A model generated the notes under the pieces. It saw only the letters and a program-made list of their open reading frames with translations. It did no database searches and was not told where the DNA came from. From Bacteroidota bacterium (GTDB lineage Bacteria; Bacteroidota; Bacteroidia; Chitinophagales; Chitinophagaceae), in contig JABDHF010000005.1 in assembly GCA_013285595.1 (NCBI GenBank), positions 5,777-69,776 of the forward strand: a DNA stretch of 64,000 nt, in the 5' to 3' direction. Positions 48,599-59,280 of the stretch are shown here, one piece after another. Each line of letters opens with the position of its first letter. Position 1 is the stretch's first letter. A program made the translations under genes and the position numbers.

Positions 48599-49097
48599 TT
48601 TATTTTGGAATAGTTATGGTATAAATAGAAAAACCATACAATGATAGTAATAAATTTCTGGAAAACACAAATTTTTGAGAAAAAATAGTTCCGCATATTT
48701 TACCTGCAACCCCTGTAAATAGCTCACTATCCAGCTATTCAATAACTCTTATGTAAATGAGCGCCTAATACATATCACTATAATATTCCTTTTTTTAAAA
48801 AGACTTGCAGAAAAAACATTCCGCGATACATCATTTTTTAAATTGCAAAGCTTTACTTTGCACAAAATTTATTTTGTTAATCATATCTTATCAAAAGAGT
48901 GGTTTCCATACGTACAGTTACTTATATGACTTTTCATCAATGAATAACTGAAAATTTTAAAATAGCTGTGCGATAACCCTTGCTTTTAAAAGCATAAAGA
49001 TTTATCTTGCGTCCGGATAAGGTGTATATCGGCGAGATATGCGCTAAAGGATTTATACACTTTGCAATTATTTAAACAAAACACTAAATTGGTTTTT

Positions 49098-49697
49098 ATG
49101 AAAAAAACGATACTCCTGGCAGTGGCTTCAATAAGTGTGGTTTCCAGTCTTTTCTTTACAAGTTGTAGCAGGAAAGGTTTTGCAACCGCGCCTACTTCAA
49201 TGGCTTCATCCGACACCTCTTTTGTTCCCTTTACCAAAAACCTTAAACAAAGGCTCGAGCATGACGGCATTGATATCAAGAAGATACAGTTTTATACCAA
49301 CGAAAAAATGGTATTGAGACATGCTACAGGGGTGGAAAAAGGGCAGGTAAAATCTGGCATCATCATGATAGACTACGGCCAGTCGCTCAGCCAGATCACT
49401 ATACCGGCATGGACGCCTGCCGTTTGTGAAAAAGTAGACGGAGACCAGTTGATGATCAGCTTTGATGCCCCGGGCAAAACAATGACCTTCGGCGCTCTTT
49501 ATGCCAACACAAGCTTTATTCTCGTAGGTACTAACTACCACAATGGTACAGTAGATATTACTTACGACAACCAGCCATATACTGCTACATGCGCAAGTTG
49601 TGGCAATGCTGCAGACATAAAGTTGTTTGTAAGGAAAAACCAGGCCTACAAATCAGACGACGTGAACCGTGTAGTTATGGGAAGAAAAGTAAACTAA
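49098..49697 (+). CDS. Hypothetical lipoprotein
   Basis: MKKTILL...FFTSC lipobox; start at ATG 49098; CASC near the C-terminus. Confidence 0.75.
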   Translation: MKKTILLAVASISVVSSLFFTSCSRKGFATAPTSMASSDTSFVPFTKNLKQRLEHDGIDIKKIQFYTNEKMVLRHATGVEKGQVKSGIIMIDYGQSLSQITIPAWTPAVCEKVDGDQLMISFDAPGKTMTFGALYANTSFILVGTNYHNGTVDITYDNQPYTATCASCGNAADIKLFVRKNQAYKSDDVNRVVMGRKVN

Positions 49698-49715
49698 TTT
49701 TTTTCAGATATTCAG

Positions 49716-49743
49716 AAAGCCCTGCAATACTGCGGGGCTTTTT
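49716..49743. terminator. Bidirectional terminator
   Basis: AAAGCCCTGCA-ATAC-TGCGGGGCTTTTT between convergent genes. Confidence 0.7.
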
Positions 49744-49760
49744 GATTTATGTCCGCCCCG

Positions 49761-50819
49761 TTATTGCGCTTGCGTTTCGCTAACCAGCCTGCGGAAAATA
49801 TCAGCCGCTGGAGCAGCCTCCGTTTTATTTGCAGATTGCCCTGCCCAGAGATTGGTAAAATCCTTGTTATCCTGTTGCTGCGCCCTGGCCCGGAGTAGCG
49901 ACGTAAGGCTGTTTTGTACCGGGTATTCCGGTATCGTTAGCCCACTCGCGTCCACTTCTGTCATCAATTTGTTTCTCAACCCACGTGCCCATCTTCCCGA
50001 AAACGCCCGTGTTAGCACAGCATCTGTGTCCGCAGCATTTTGAACTGCTTTTTTGTAAGCCGGTATTGCCGCGCTTTCGTTACACGCTATAAATGCTGTA
50101 CCCACCTGCACACCCTCTGCGCCCAACGCAAAAGCAGCCCGTATAGTATTGCCATCATGTATGCCTCCCGCCGCAAGCACCGGACCTTTTACAGCTGCTG
50201 CAATTTGAGGCAGCAACGACATAAGCCCTATTTGCGGATAATCAGCCTCCTCTAAAAATGTGCCCCTGTGCCCACCCGCTTCAACACCCTGGGCTGTGAT
50301 AATGTCTATGCCTTTTTCCGCCAGCAACTTTGCTTCCCTCACAGTAGTTGCTGTTCCATTAAGTATCACGCCCTTGGTTTTAAAGGCCTTAATTACCTCA
50401 TCACTCAGTACACCAAACGTAAAACTCACCACAGGAATATCCTCACTAAGCAGCACCGCTGTTTGCTCCATGTAAGAATAAAAACGAAGAGCATCAATAT
50501 CCTGTTGTTCATAAATGATGCCATTAGCTGCGCATAACTTTTCTAAAAAAGCCTGCATCTTACGAGCCTCCTCACTATCTATATGCGGCATGGGGTGCGC
50601 AAACAAATTAACCGCGAAAGGCTTGCGGGTGAGTGCTTTGGTTTGCTGTATAAGTGTTTGTGTTTTCCCGGGCGATAAGCCACCCACCGGCAACGAGCCC
50701 AGTCCACCGGCATTTGCTATCGCCGCTACCATTGCCGGGGTAGTAACGCCAAGCATTGGAGCGCACACAATAGGATAGTCTATTTTAAGCAGGCTGGTCA
50801 GTTCATTCTTCCGCTCCAT
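49761..50819 (-). CDS. Nitronate monooxygenase-family flavoprotein
   Basis: PIVCAPM, AGGLGSL, VVSFTFG, QGVEAGGHRGTF, AAGGI, LWAGQ; start at ATG 50819. Confidence 0.92.
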   Translation of the reverse strand: MERKNELTSLLKIDYPIVCAPMLGVTTPAMVAAIANAGGLGSLPVGGLSPGKTQTLIQQTKALTRKPFAVNLFAHPMPHIDSEEARKMQAFLEKLCAANGIIYEQQDIDALRFYSYMEQTAVLLSEDIPVVSFTFGVLSDEVIKAFKTKGVILNGTATTVREAKLLAEKGIDIITAQGVEAGGHRGTFLEEADYPQIGLMSLLPQIAAAVKGPVLAAGGIHDGNTIRAAFALGAEGVQVGTAFIACNESAAIPAYKKAVQNAADTDAVLTRAFSGRWARGLRNKLMTEVDASGLTIPEYPVQNSLTSLLRARAQQQDNKDFTNLWAGQSANKTEAAPAADIFRRLVSETQAQ

Positions 50820-50829
50820 ACTTTTTTGT

Positions 50830-51216
50830 TTAGGCCAGTACAAGTTGATCGTAAAGTTTCGTCAGCATAGCAGCGCCATCTGCACACAAACCTGGATGTA
50901 CCTTCGAGGTTTGCACCACAGTACTTCGCGTAGCAGTAAGCCATCGGAACCGCTCTGCAATGGGCATCTTACCTATAGGCCCTGCATCGTTACCTCCTTT
51001 ACAAATCCGCTGAAAAGCCTCCAGGTAGTCACATACCTCGGCAATATCTAATTGCCCTGCAAAAGCGCTTAACCGTTGTTCATCCGGCGCAAATTTTACC
51101 TGCAAAAATTTTTCTTTCGCACAATACAGCACCACACCCACGTTGAGAAACTCTTCGCGCTCCACCTTCGGCACTACCCGGATAACAGCGTACTCAAATA
51201 AGTGTTGCTCTTGCAT
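50830..51216 (-). CDS. DUF3037 family protein
   Basis: FEYAVIRVVPKVEREEFLNVGV, ERFRWLTATRSTVVQTSKVHPG. Confidence 0.88.
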   Translation of the reverse strand: MQEQHLFEYAVIRVVPKVEREEFLNVGVVLYCAKEKFLQVKFAPDEQRLSAFAGQLDIAEVCDYLEAFQRICKGGNDAGPIGKMPIAERFRWLTATRSTVVQTSKVHPGLCADGAAMLTKLYDQLVLA

Positions 51217-51991
51217 GCTGCGCTTCTTTTACAAATATTTCTGAATGGGCCATCCTTATTTCTAAAAACCGCGCGTATGCATCCCTGTGCTCGGCCGGCG
51301 ATGCAAACGGCGCATCTATCATCAGCCACTCGTCCGGTATCAGCGCTATTATATTGCGGATCCGTTCGTTATTCAATATCAGCCTATAGGCAGTATCCAC
51401 AAGCTCCAGCTCCGTAGCGCGTGGCAGCAGCACATGGTCTTTCACCTGCATAAAAGGTTGCCTGGCTTTCTCTTCCCAGTTTTGCCACGAGTGGTGAAAA
51501 TACAAGGCTGCGCCATGATCTATGAGCCATAATTCTTTATGCCACAGCAGCATATTGGTATTGCGCACCGTGCGGTCCACATTGTTCAGCAGGCAATCAA
51601 GCCACACTATACGCGAGGCAAGCTCGGCATCTACAGCCGTAACAGTAGGGTCAAACGTAATAGACCCCGACAGGTAGTGCAGCCCCAGGTTCAGCCCCGT
51701 ACTTGCTTTTAGCAGGTCTTGTATCTCTTCATCAGGCTCCGTGCGCCCAAATGCTTCGCTCACATGCGCAAATACAATTTCCGGTATTTTCAGCCCTAGC
51801 AGCCGTGCTATCTCTCCACCTATCAGCTCCGCAATAAGCGCCTTAGGCCCCTGTCCCGCCCCACGAAATTTAAGCACATACAAAAAGCCATCATCAGCCT
51901 CAGCAATAGCAGGCAAGGAGCCGCCTTCGCGTAGCGGTGTTACATAACGGGTCACATTTACGTTGCGCAATTCTGGCGGGCTATCAGGCAT
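51194..51991 (-). CDS. HipA-like kinase
   Basis: YVTPLREGGSLP, YVLKF, NVDRTVRNTNML, WLIDHG kinase-fold motifs; overlaps the DUF3037 gene; start at ATG 51991. Confidence 0.85.
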   Translation of the reverse strand: MPDSPPELRNVNVTRYVTPLREGGSLPAIAEADDGFLYVLKFRGAGQGPKALIAELIGGEIARLLGLKIPEIVFAHVSEAFGRTEPDEEIQDLLKASTGLNLGLHYLSGSITFDPTVTAVDAELASRIVWLDCLLNNVDRTVRNTNMLLWHKELWLIDHGAALYFHHSWQNWEEKARQPFMQVKDHVLLPRATELELVDTAYRLILNNERIRNIIALIPDEWLMIDAPFASPAEHRDAYARFLEIRMAHSEIFVKEAQHARATLI

Positions 51992-52033
51992 CGGGGTTAG
52001 TACTTTGTACAAAAATAGTATTATCCACTTATA

Positions 52034-53941
52034 CTACACATCCATATACTCCCACGCACTATGATAAGCCCCAAGGGCTTCAGCATATTCAATAAAATCA
52101 GCATAAAACGGCAAGTGCGATAGCGTAGCGCTATCACCCACCACCACCAGTTTTTTCCGGGCACGTGTCATTGCCACGTTCATCCTCCGAATATCAGAGA
52201 GAAACCCTATCGTCCCCTCATCGTTGCTCCTCGTCATGCTGATATATACAATATCCCGTTCCTGCCCCTGGAAACTATCTATCGTATTCACCGATATTTT
52301 ATCTGCATGTTTCTGTAGTTCTGACGAGTGCAGCAGTTGCTCCTTCAGCACATAGATCTGCTCTTTGTAAGGAGAAATAACCGCTATCGTCGGGAAGTTA
52401 TCTTGTGTATAATGCGGCTCTAGCTCGGCAACAAGTTGCGCCAGGTGCTTAAACAAAAAAGCCGCCTCCTCTGGGTTAGAAATACTCGTACTTTCTGACC
52501 GCTCATTAAAGCCGCATCCGGCAGTATCAATAAACGCCAGCGGCACATCTGCCGGAAACAGCAAATGATTGGCAACGCTGCCATGCGCTTTCAGCAGGCC
52601 AGTATAAAATACTTTGGATGAATACCCCATTATCTGCTCATGCATCCGGTATTGCTCTTCCAGTTGCACCACAGCTTCAGGGTGCAGCGCCACGCACTTT
52701 TCCAGCAGCGTAGTGCTCAACCCTTTCTTCGCCGCCTCATTCGACTTTATTGTGGGTGACAACTGGCAATGGTCTCCTGCCAGCACTACTTTTCTTGCTT
52801 TTACTATCGGTATCCAGCAGGCAGGTTCCAGCGCCTGCCCGGCTTCATCTATTACTACCGTATGGTATTTTAGGTTCTTCACCGTATAGTGGTTGGCGCC
52901 CACCAGCGTTGCTGTTATCACCTGCGCTTTAGCCACCACATCGTCAATGATATATTGCTCCGTATTGCCCACATCTTTCATGATCTTGTGCGCCTCATCA
53001 AACAGCGCTTTCCGCTGCTCCCTTTCCGCCCTGCCAAAGCTACGCTTGTACTTATGCGCCATGTCTTTAAAGTCGGATGCTTGTTTCTTCATCCTCTTTA
53101 TCTCTTTCGTAGCGCTATGCGCAGCCATTTTGCTGTCAAGGGTCAGCGACATCAGCCGTTCCGATACCCGCGCCGGGTTACCCACCCGCAATACATTCAA
53201 TCCCTCATCTGAGAGCTTTTCACTCAGCAGGTCCACGGCAGTATTGCTTGGCGCCACCACAAGTATTTGCTCTCCTTCTTTTTTTATTAGCGTTTTTATG
53301 GCCTGTACCAGCGTTGTGGTTTTGCCTGTGCCGGGTGGCCCATGCACTATAGCCAGCTCATTAGCCGTTACTATTTTATTTACCGCCTCCAGTTGCTTAC
53401 TGTTTAGCCGTGGGTTGGTGTTGCCGGTTATCTCCCGTTCAAATGCTGGCTGCTTTGCTCCCGCTAGTACACGTATCAGCCTACCCTCCTCCGGCTTCTC
53501 CATAAGCTTGGCCGCATACTTTACTGCCGATTGCATTTCTTCATAGCTGTTGTCGTCAAACAGCAGGTCTATGCCTAGTTTCCCATCACTTGCCCAGTCG
53601 GGTAGCTCCTCCGTACGCAAAGTAATTTTAAGCTTGTTCCCACTCTGAAAGGTGATGGTACCCTCTACATGGTCATTCTTCGCATCGTGATTGGAAAACA
53701 GCATGGCCGATGCACCAAAGCGGAGCTGGTGGTTCACATCTGTATGCGTAGTACGTTCTACCTCCACTGTTATATAATCTCCCCGGCTTGGCTCATTACC
53801 CCTTATGGCAATAGGGTACCATGTAAGCCCGGCAGCTCTCCGGCTGGTAACAGACGATGATTCCGCAAGTTTCTGGTACGCTCTCCTGTCCTCCTCCCGC
53901 TCTATTTTCAACAACTCCAGCAGTCCCTCAAAATAATCCAT
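52034..53941 (-). CDS. Superfamily 1B Upf1/IGHMBP2-like helicase
   Basis: HGPPGTGKTT, APSNTAVD, IDEAGQ, GDHCQL, QYRM, ISPY, DSFQGQERD, RRMNVAMTRA. Confidence 0.95.
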   Translation of the reverse strand: MDYFEGLLELLKIEREEDRRAYQKLAESSSVTSRRAAGLTWYPIAIRGNEPSRGDYITVEVERTTHTDVNHQLRFGASAMLFSNHDAKNDHVEGTITFQSGNKLKITLRTEELPDWASDGKLGIDLLFDDNSYEEMQSAVKYAAKLMEKPEEGRLIRVLAGAKQPAFEREITGNTNPRLNSKQLEAVNKIVTANELAIVHGPPGTGKTTTLVQAIKTLIKKEGEQILVVAPSNTAVDLLSEKLSDEGLNVLRVGNPARVSERLMSLTLDSKMAAHSATKEIKRMKKQASDFKDMAHKYKRSFGRAEREQRKALFDEAHKIMKDVGNTEQYIIDDVVAKAQVITATLVGANHYTVKNLKYHTVVIDEAGQALEPACWIPIVKARKVVLAGDHCQLSPTIKSNEAAKKGLSTTLLEKCVALHPEAVVQLEEQYRMHEQIMGYSSKVFYTGLLKAHGSVANHLLFPADVPLAFIDTAGCGFNERSESTSISNPEEAAFLFKHLAQLVAELEPHYTQDNFPTIAVISPYKEQIYVLKEQLLHSSELQKHADKISVNTIDSFQGQERDIVYISMTRSNDEGTIGFLSDIRRMNVAMTRARKKLVVVGDSATLSHLPFYADFIEYAEALGAYHSAWEYMDV

Positions 53942-54139
53942 GCGCGCAAAGGTAAAGGCTTATTTGTACCCAGTATTCGCGTAACCTATTCTTTTAGTAT
54001 TAACAGCTTCCCTTTGTAATATTCGTCAGTTAATATTATCATAATGGCATATGTTCCTTACCGCCCCTTTGGCAAGCTCGGTTCGGCGCCACATTTGCAA
54101 GCTGACTTGTACCCTATGGATTGTTGAAAAGAATAAATC

Positions 54140-54994
54140 TTACAGCGGAATATCAATCCGTATTTGCTTAGAGAATATTTTGCCATTGGCATCTTTGCCA
54201 TCTATCTTCCACATTACGGAACGGAGCGTAGTAAATAGCGGCTTCTGATCCGCAGAGCGAACATTGTGGACCTCCTCCTGCCATTCCTGTATCTTTTTGC
54301 GGCTCATGCGGTGACGCCTTGCAGCTTTCTCAACAGCACTACGGATAGTATTTTTGTTAGCTTCAGGTACTTCCAGCGACTTATCGTCGAGGCCGGTAGC
54401 TTTGTATATATTGTTATTTGTGCCTTTCAGCGCCTCCCATGCAGTAGTTGTGGATAAAGTTTCCAGCGGTAAAGTACCCATATCCGTTTTTAAAACCACC
54501 ACCGATTGGTAGCGCTGAGATACTTTGGTTACGTTTGCGGTTACTTTAAGCAAGTTGCCGCTCAGGTTGCCACTTACCAAGGTATACACAGCCCCGTTTG
54601 CATGAGACAGGTCAGGGTTACCGGCCTGCTTTGCCACCACATTCGGAATGATAAGTGAAGCAATGTTAAAGTCAACCGTTAAGCCTCCCTGTGCCGATAC
54701 TTCAGGTTGAGCCTGTTTTTGAACCGGAACAGCTGTGGTAGTCTTTTTCGCAGTATCGGCTGCTTTTTGCGTAGGCGTTTGGGCAACAGGTGTAGTGTCT
54801 TTATTCTCGGCTGTCGGTATATCCGGTTTCAGATCGGCAACAAGGTCCTGCAGCTTTTTTGGGTCTTTTTCTGTAACAATGGTAGAAGAGTCCCCAAGAA
54901 CAATTGGCCTGTTGTTTTGCTGGTTCATATTATTACACGACGAGGCGCACACCGCCCCAGCCATTAACGCAATAAACAGAACCCTTGTAGCCAT
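54140..54994 (-). CDS. Hypothetical lipoprotein
   Basis: MATRVLF...CASSC lipobox; T/K/P-rich linker; start at ATG 54994. Confidence 0.72.
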   Translation of the reverse strand: MATRVLFIALMAGAVCASSCNNMNQQNNRPIVLGDSSTIVTEKDPKKLQDLVADLKPDIPTAENKDTTPVAQTPTQKAADTAKKTTTAVPVQKQAQPEVSAQGGLTVDFNIASLIIPNVVAKQAGNPDLSHANGAVYTLVSGNLSGNLLKVTANVTKVSQRYQSVVVLKTDMGTLPLETLSTTTAWEALKGTNNNIYKATGLDDKSLEVPEANKNTIRSAVEKAARRHRMSRKKIQEWQEEVHNVRSADQKPLFTTLRSVMWKIDGKDANGKIFSKQIRIDIPL

Positions 54995-55093
54995 AAAACC
55001 ATATTTACTGCAACGAAAGTAGCGCACAAAACGCCAAAAGTCAACAGCATTGCCAAAAGTATATCTATGTGGGCAAATCTACGCTAAACATGG

Positions 55094-57070
55094 TTAATAC
55101 GATAGCAGCTTTTCTACACACTCCTCCAGCCTGTTGTTTGCCATAAAGTTGTGTTCCAGCTCTATTGCAAAAGGTATTGGGGTATCAAGGCCGGCACAGC
55201 GCACTATAGGCCCATCAAGCAGTTCAAAGCAGTTTTCGGCTATCCAGGCGCCAAGTTCACCGCCAATGCCCCCGGTCATCGTGTCTTCGTGCAGCAACAG
55301 TACTTTGCCGGTGCGCTTTACCACCTGCCGTATGGCATCATAATCAAGCGGCAGCAAAGTGCGCAGGTCCAGTATGTCGAAAGATATATCGGTATGTTGT
55401 TTCGCATACTCGGTAGCCCAGTGTACACCCATGCCGTACGTAATAATGCTCACGTCGCTGCCGGCCTGCACATGCCGCGCTTTGCCTATCTCCGTGGTAT
55501 AATAGCCATTAGGTACCATGCCGCTTATGCTGCGGTACATAGCCTTATGCTCAAAGAACATTACGGGGTTAGGGTCTGCCAAAGCCGCTATCAGCAAGCC
55601 CTTGGCATCTTCCGGTGTAGATGGGTACACCACCTTTAAACCGGGCGTATGCACAAACCACGCTTCATTGCTCTGTGAATGAAATGGCCCTGCGCCTACA
55701 CCGCCGCCCGTAGGCATGCGTATGACCACATCGGCATTCTGGCCCCAGCGGTAATGTATCTTAGCAAGGTTGTTGATGATCTGGTTAAAACCCACCGTCA
55801 CAAAATCAGCAAATTGCATCTCCATCATCGATTTAAAACCCTTGATAGACAAGCCCAATGCCGTACCCACTATAGCGCTTTCGCACAGGGGTGTATTCCG
55901 CACCCGTTCTTTGCCGAATTGCTGCACAAAGCCCTCGGTCACTTTAAAGGCGCCACCGTATTCTGCAATATCCTGACCCATCAATACCAGGTTAGGATAG
56001 CGCTCCATGCTTTCTTTCAGGCCATCGCTAATTGCCTGTATAAACTTCTTCTCGGTAGCGGCTGCTGATGGGCGTACTGCAGCTGTATTGGTGGCTGCAT
56101 ATACGTCAGCGATCTCGTCATTTGTATTAGCAGCTACTTTAGGTACAGCAAAGCCTTGCGCTATACCTTCTTCTATCTCCCGTGTTATATTCTCCCTTAT
56201 TGCAGCGATGGTATTATCGCCAAGTATATTTTCATCTTTTAAGAATTGTTCGAAGTTTGCGAGCGGGTCTAGCTTCGCCCATTGTTCAAACAGTTCTTTA
56301 GGTACATACTTCACACCGCTAGCTTCTTCATGCCCCCTCATGCGAAAGGTCATACACTCTACCAGTATAGGCTTCTGCTCTGTAATGCAATATTCACGCG
56401 CTTTGGTTATCTCTTTATAAACCTCGAGTATATTGTTGCCGTCTATGGTGATACCCTTCATTCCATACCCTATGGCCCTGTCGGCAAGCTGCTTGCAGAT
56501 AAATTGTTCGCTGCTGGGGGTACTAAGCCCATAGCCATTGTTCTCTATAACAAAGATCACCGGAAGGCCCCATACAGCCGCTACATTGAGCGCCTCGTGA
56601 AAGTCGCCTTCGCTAGTACCACCATCACCGCTAAATGCCAGCGATACCTTCTTTTCTTTCTTTAGTTTATGCGCCAGCGCCACCCCATCTGCAATAGCCA
56701 GCTGTGGCCCCAGGTGCGATATCATGCCGCATATATGGTAGTCATTATTCCCAAAGTGAAATGACCGCTCCCGGCCCTTGCTAAAGCCCTCCTGGCTGCC
56801 TTGCCACTGCTTGAATAATTTGGCAAATGGCATTTTGCGTGTGGTGAATACACCCAGGTTGCGATGCAGGGGCATTACGTATTCATCTTCGTCCAGCGCC
56901 AGGGTAGCGCCCACAGCTATGGCTTCCTGCCCTATACCGCTAAACCACTTGCTTACACGGCCTTGTCGCAGCAATACCAGCATTTTCTCCTCTATCATCC
57001 TGGGCCGTAGTAGCTCGGTGTAAAACTGCATCAGTTGTTCATCGGTAAGGCCCTGGCGGTCAAATTGCAT
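55094..57070 (-). CDS. Fused 2-oxoacid (probably branched-chain) dehydrogenase E1 alpha/beta
   Basis: GQEA, GDGGTSEG...ENNGY TPP motif, RMRGHEE, MGQDI, EMQFADF, GPFHSQ; start at ATG 57070. Confidence 0.93.
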   Translation of the reverse strand: MQFDRQGLTDEQLMQFYTELLRPRMIEEKMLVLLRQGRVSKWFSGIGQEAIAVGATLALDEDEYVMPLHRNLGVFTTRKMPFAKLFKQWQGSQEGFSKGRERSFHFGNNDYHICGMISHLGPQLAIADGVALAHKLKKEKKVSLAFSGDGGTSEGDFHEALNVAAVWGLPVIFVIENNGYGLSTPSSEQFICKQLADRAIGYGMKGITIDGNNILEVYKEITKAREYCITEQKPILVECMTFRMRGHEEASGVKYVPKELFEQWAKLDPLANFEQFLKDENILGDNTIAAIRENITREIEEGIAQGFAVPKVAANTNDEIADVYAATNTAAVRPSAAATEKKFIQAISDGLKESMERYPNLVLMGQDIAEYGGAFKVTEGFVQQFGKERVRNTPLCESAIVGTALGLSIKGFKSMMEMQFADFVTVGFNQIINNLAKIHYRWGQNADVVIRMPTGGGVGAGPFHSQSNEAWFVHTPGLKVVYPSTPEDAKGLLIAALADPNPVMFFEHKAMYRSISGMVPNGYYTTEIGKARHVQAGSDVSIITYGMGVHWATEYAKQHTDISFDILDLRTLLPLDYDAIRQVVKRTGKVLLLHEDTMTGGIGGELGAWIAENCFELLDGPIVRCAGLDTPIPFAIELEHNFMANNRLEECVEKLLSY

Positions 57071-57147
57071 ATTTTGTATTTGGGAGCAAAAGTAATATGG
57101 AATTGGCAATTAGACTCCGTGGTCTTATTTATCCAATTAAATTTATA

Positions 57148-58602
57148 ATGATGCGTTATATATTTGTTCTAAAAACATACTCATTGAAGAACTTACTGCT
57201 TATTGTTATCTCATTGGTTTCTACTTTTTCTGTGTGGGGCCAGCAATGCAGTTGCGAAAAAAAGTTTGCATTTATCCGGCATGAAATTGAAACCAATTAT
57301 GCTGGCTATACCGATAAAGTAAATAAAAAGACCAAGGCAGCTTATGAAAGACTGACCATAGAAACGCTGAAAAAAGTTAGGGTAACGAAAAAAGATGCCT
57401 ATTGCTTATTCGCATTGAAGGACTGGCTTGATTTCTTTAAAGACGGGCATGTTCAGTTATTTGATCCACATCAACCCGACATGAATGACACGATTGCGAT
57501 CCGGGACCGGATCAAAAAAACAGAGCTGATACACCTCTCGCCGGAAAGGGTGAAGCAACTGGAAAACAGCACAGATCACGAAGAAGGCATCTACTACAAT
57601 TTCGATTCATCTTACAAAATAGCTATTATTAAAAGTAAAAATGAATTTCGCGATTATGCAGGGGTTATAGTAGATTCCAAAGTCGATGTATGGAAACAAG
57701 GGCAGGTAAAACTTGAATTAAAAAAAAAGAACGATAGTACATACAAGGCCATAGCATACATGAGAGATTATTCTTACAGGCCACAGCTATATTATTTTAA
57801 CGGCGCAAACCTGGGTGGCGAAAATTGGAAGAAAGTAAACAAACCCCTGCCTGCTGTTGAAAATAAAGCTTACGGTCAATTTCATTTCCAAAATGTAGCC
57901 TCGAAGAAACTAAGTGACAGTACATTGTATATCCAGGTCGGCACGTTTGACCCGTCAAACACGCACGCTATTGATTCTCTGTTCAAGGCAACTGATACCA
58001 TTTTAAAAACAACACCAAACCTCATCCTCGATTTGAGGTCTAATGGTGGTGGCAGCGACGAGGCCTATGCTTCAATACTACCATATATTTATACAGGACC
58101 GGCGATGGGGTATGGCAACTATATTTATGCTACAGGCGACAATATTAAGCACTACGAGGAACGGCTTAATGATTCCGATCTATCTGAAAATGGTAAAGGA
58201 TTTATCGCAGAAGTTATCAGTAGAATGAAGCAGAACCCCGGAAAATTTGTCATCCATGCAACCGATGATACTATAAAATTTGACGAGGTATTACCTTATC
58301 CTAAAAAGGTAGTTGTGTTAATAGACAACAATTGTGCAAGTACTACAGAGGAATTTCTTTTAGCAGCTAAGCAAAGTACCAAGGTGACTTTAATGGGACA
58401 ACATACTTACGGCGAGCTTGATTATTCAAATTGGGTGATAGCGCCATCTCCGTGCCAGGACATAGAGTTTCATTATTCTACCACTAAAAGTAAGAGGATC
58501 AAGGTGGGTAAGGGCATTGATGGTGTAGGCATAAAACCGGATATAGTACTTTCTAATGATGAAGACTGGATAAGCCAGGCGCGTAAGTACCTGGAGAAAT
58601 AA
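57148..58602 (+). CDS. S41 family peptidase
   Basis: ILDLRSNGGG, VVVLIDNNCASTTEEF, IDGVGIKPD; start uncertain (57148 or TTG 57185). Confidence 0.85.
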   Translation: MMRYIFVLKTYSLKNLLLIVISLVSTFSVWGQQCSCEKKFAFIRHEIETNYAGYTDKVNKKTKAAYERLTIETLKKVRVTKKDAYCLFALKDWLDFFKDGHVQLFDPHQPDMNDTIAIRDRIKKTELIHLSPERVKQLENSTDHEEGIYYNFDSSYKIAIIKSKNEFRDYAGVIVDSKVDVWKQGQVKLELKKKNDSTYKAIAYMRDYSYRPQLYYFNGANLGGENWKKVNKPLPAVENKAYGQFHFQNVASKKLSDSTLYIQVGTFDPSNTHAIDSLFKATDTILKTTPNLILDLRSNGGGSDEAYASILPYIYTGPAMGYGNYIYATGDNIKHYEERLNDSDLSENGKGFIAEVISRMKQNPGKFVIHATDDTIKFDEVLPYPKKVVVLIDNNCASTTEEFLLAAKQSTKVTLMGQHTYGELDYSNWVIAPSPCQDIEFHYSTTKSKRIKVGKGIDGVGIKPDIVLSNDEDWISQARKYLEK

Positions 58603-58615
58603 GCACAGCAGGTTG

Positions 58616-59278
58616 TTATAAATTCTTAGTGGTGTCTTCAAAAACCGCCTCTAACTCAGAAATGATCATAGCAGTAGCGCCCCAGATGATAGTACCATCC
58701 TCAAGCTTATAAGCATGTACCTGCCTGATAACACCTGGTATAGCCGGCGATGTAACATCGACCTGTGTTTTTCTATCGGGGTGAAAGAGACTTTTTATCG
58801 GCACTTCGATAGTATAGGATACTTCGTTGTGGCTTAGATTATATATGGGCCGCTGACCGGCATAGCCAACGAAGGGATAAACATTGAAGTTGCTAACAGG
58901 AATATACAATGGGGTAAGGGCACCAAGTATATCTACGTCGGACGAGAGGATGCCTACCTCTTCCTGTGCTTCGCGTAGTGCGGTTGCTTTAAAGTCGGCA
59001 TCAGACTGCTCATAGCTGCCGCCTGGGAAACTCACCTGCCCGCTATGAGCGCCTTTGTCTTCGCGCCTTTTCATCAGTAGCATATTCAACGCACCATCTA
59101 CCGGGAATAGCATACATAACACGGCACTGGGGCGGGCATTATCAGGCACTTTCAACGGCATACCTATTACCCGCCCTATCATCCGTTCTTGTGCAACACG
59201 GCCAGGGAGCGGCTGCTGTAGCCGCTCCCTGAGCTGTTGTATTATGTGTAAATGATCTGCCAAATAGAGAGGCCGCAT
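58616..59278 (-). CDS. Nudix hydrolase, CoA pyrophosphatase type
   Basis: HSGQVSFPGG...TALREAQEEVG, IWGATA. Confidence 0.92.
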   Translation of the reverse strand: MRPLYLADHLHIIQQLRERLQQPLPGRVAQERMIGRVIGMPLKVPDNARPSAVLCMLFPVDGALNMLLMKRREDKGAHSGQVSFPGGSYEQSDADFKATALREAQEEVGILSSDVDILGALTPLYIPVSNFNVYPFVGYAGQRPIYNLSHNEVSYTIEVPIKSLFHPDRKTQVDVTSPAIPGVIRQVHAYKLEDGTIIWGATAMIISELEAVFEDTTKNL

Positions 59279-59280
59279 GA

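Noticed and set aside
57097-58602. S41 peptidase as a mobile insertion (AT-richer, opposite strand to neighbours)
   Set aside because: No flanking repeats, integrase or tRNA; composition was judged only by eye
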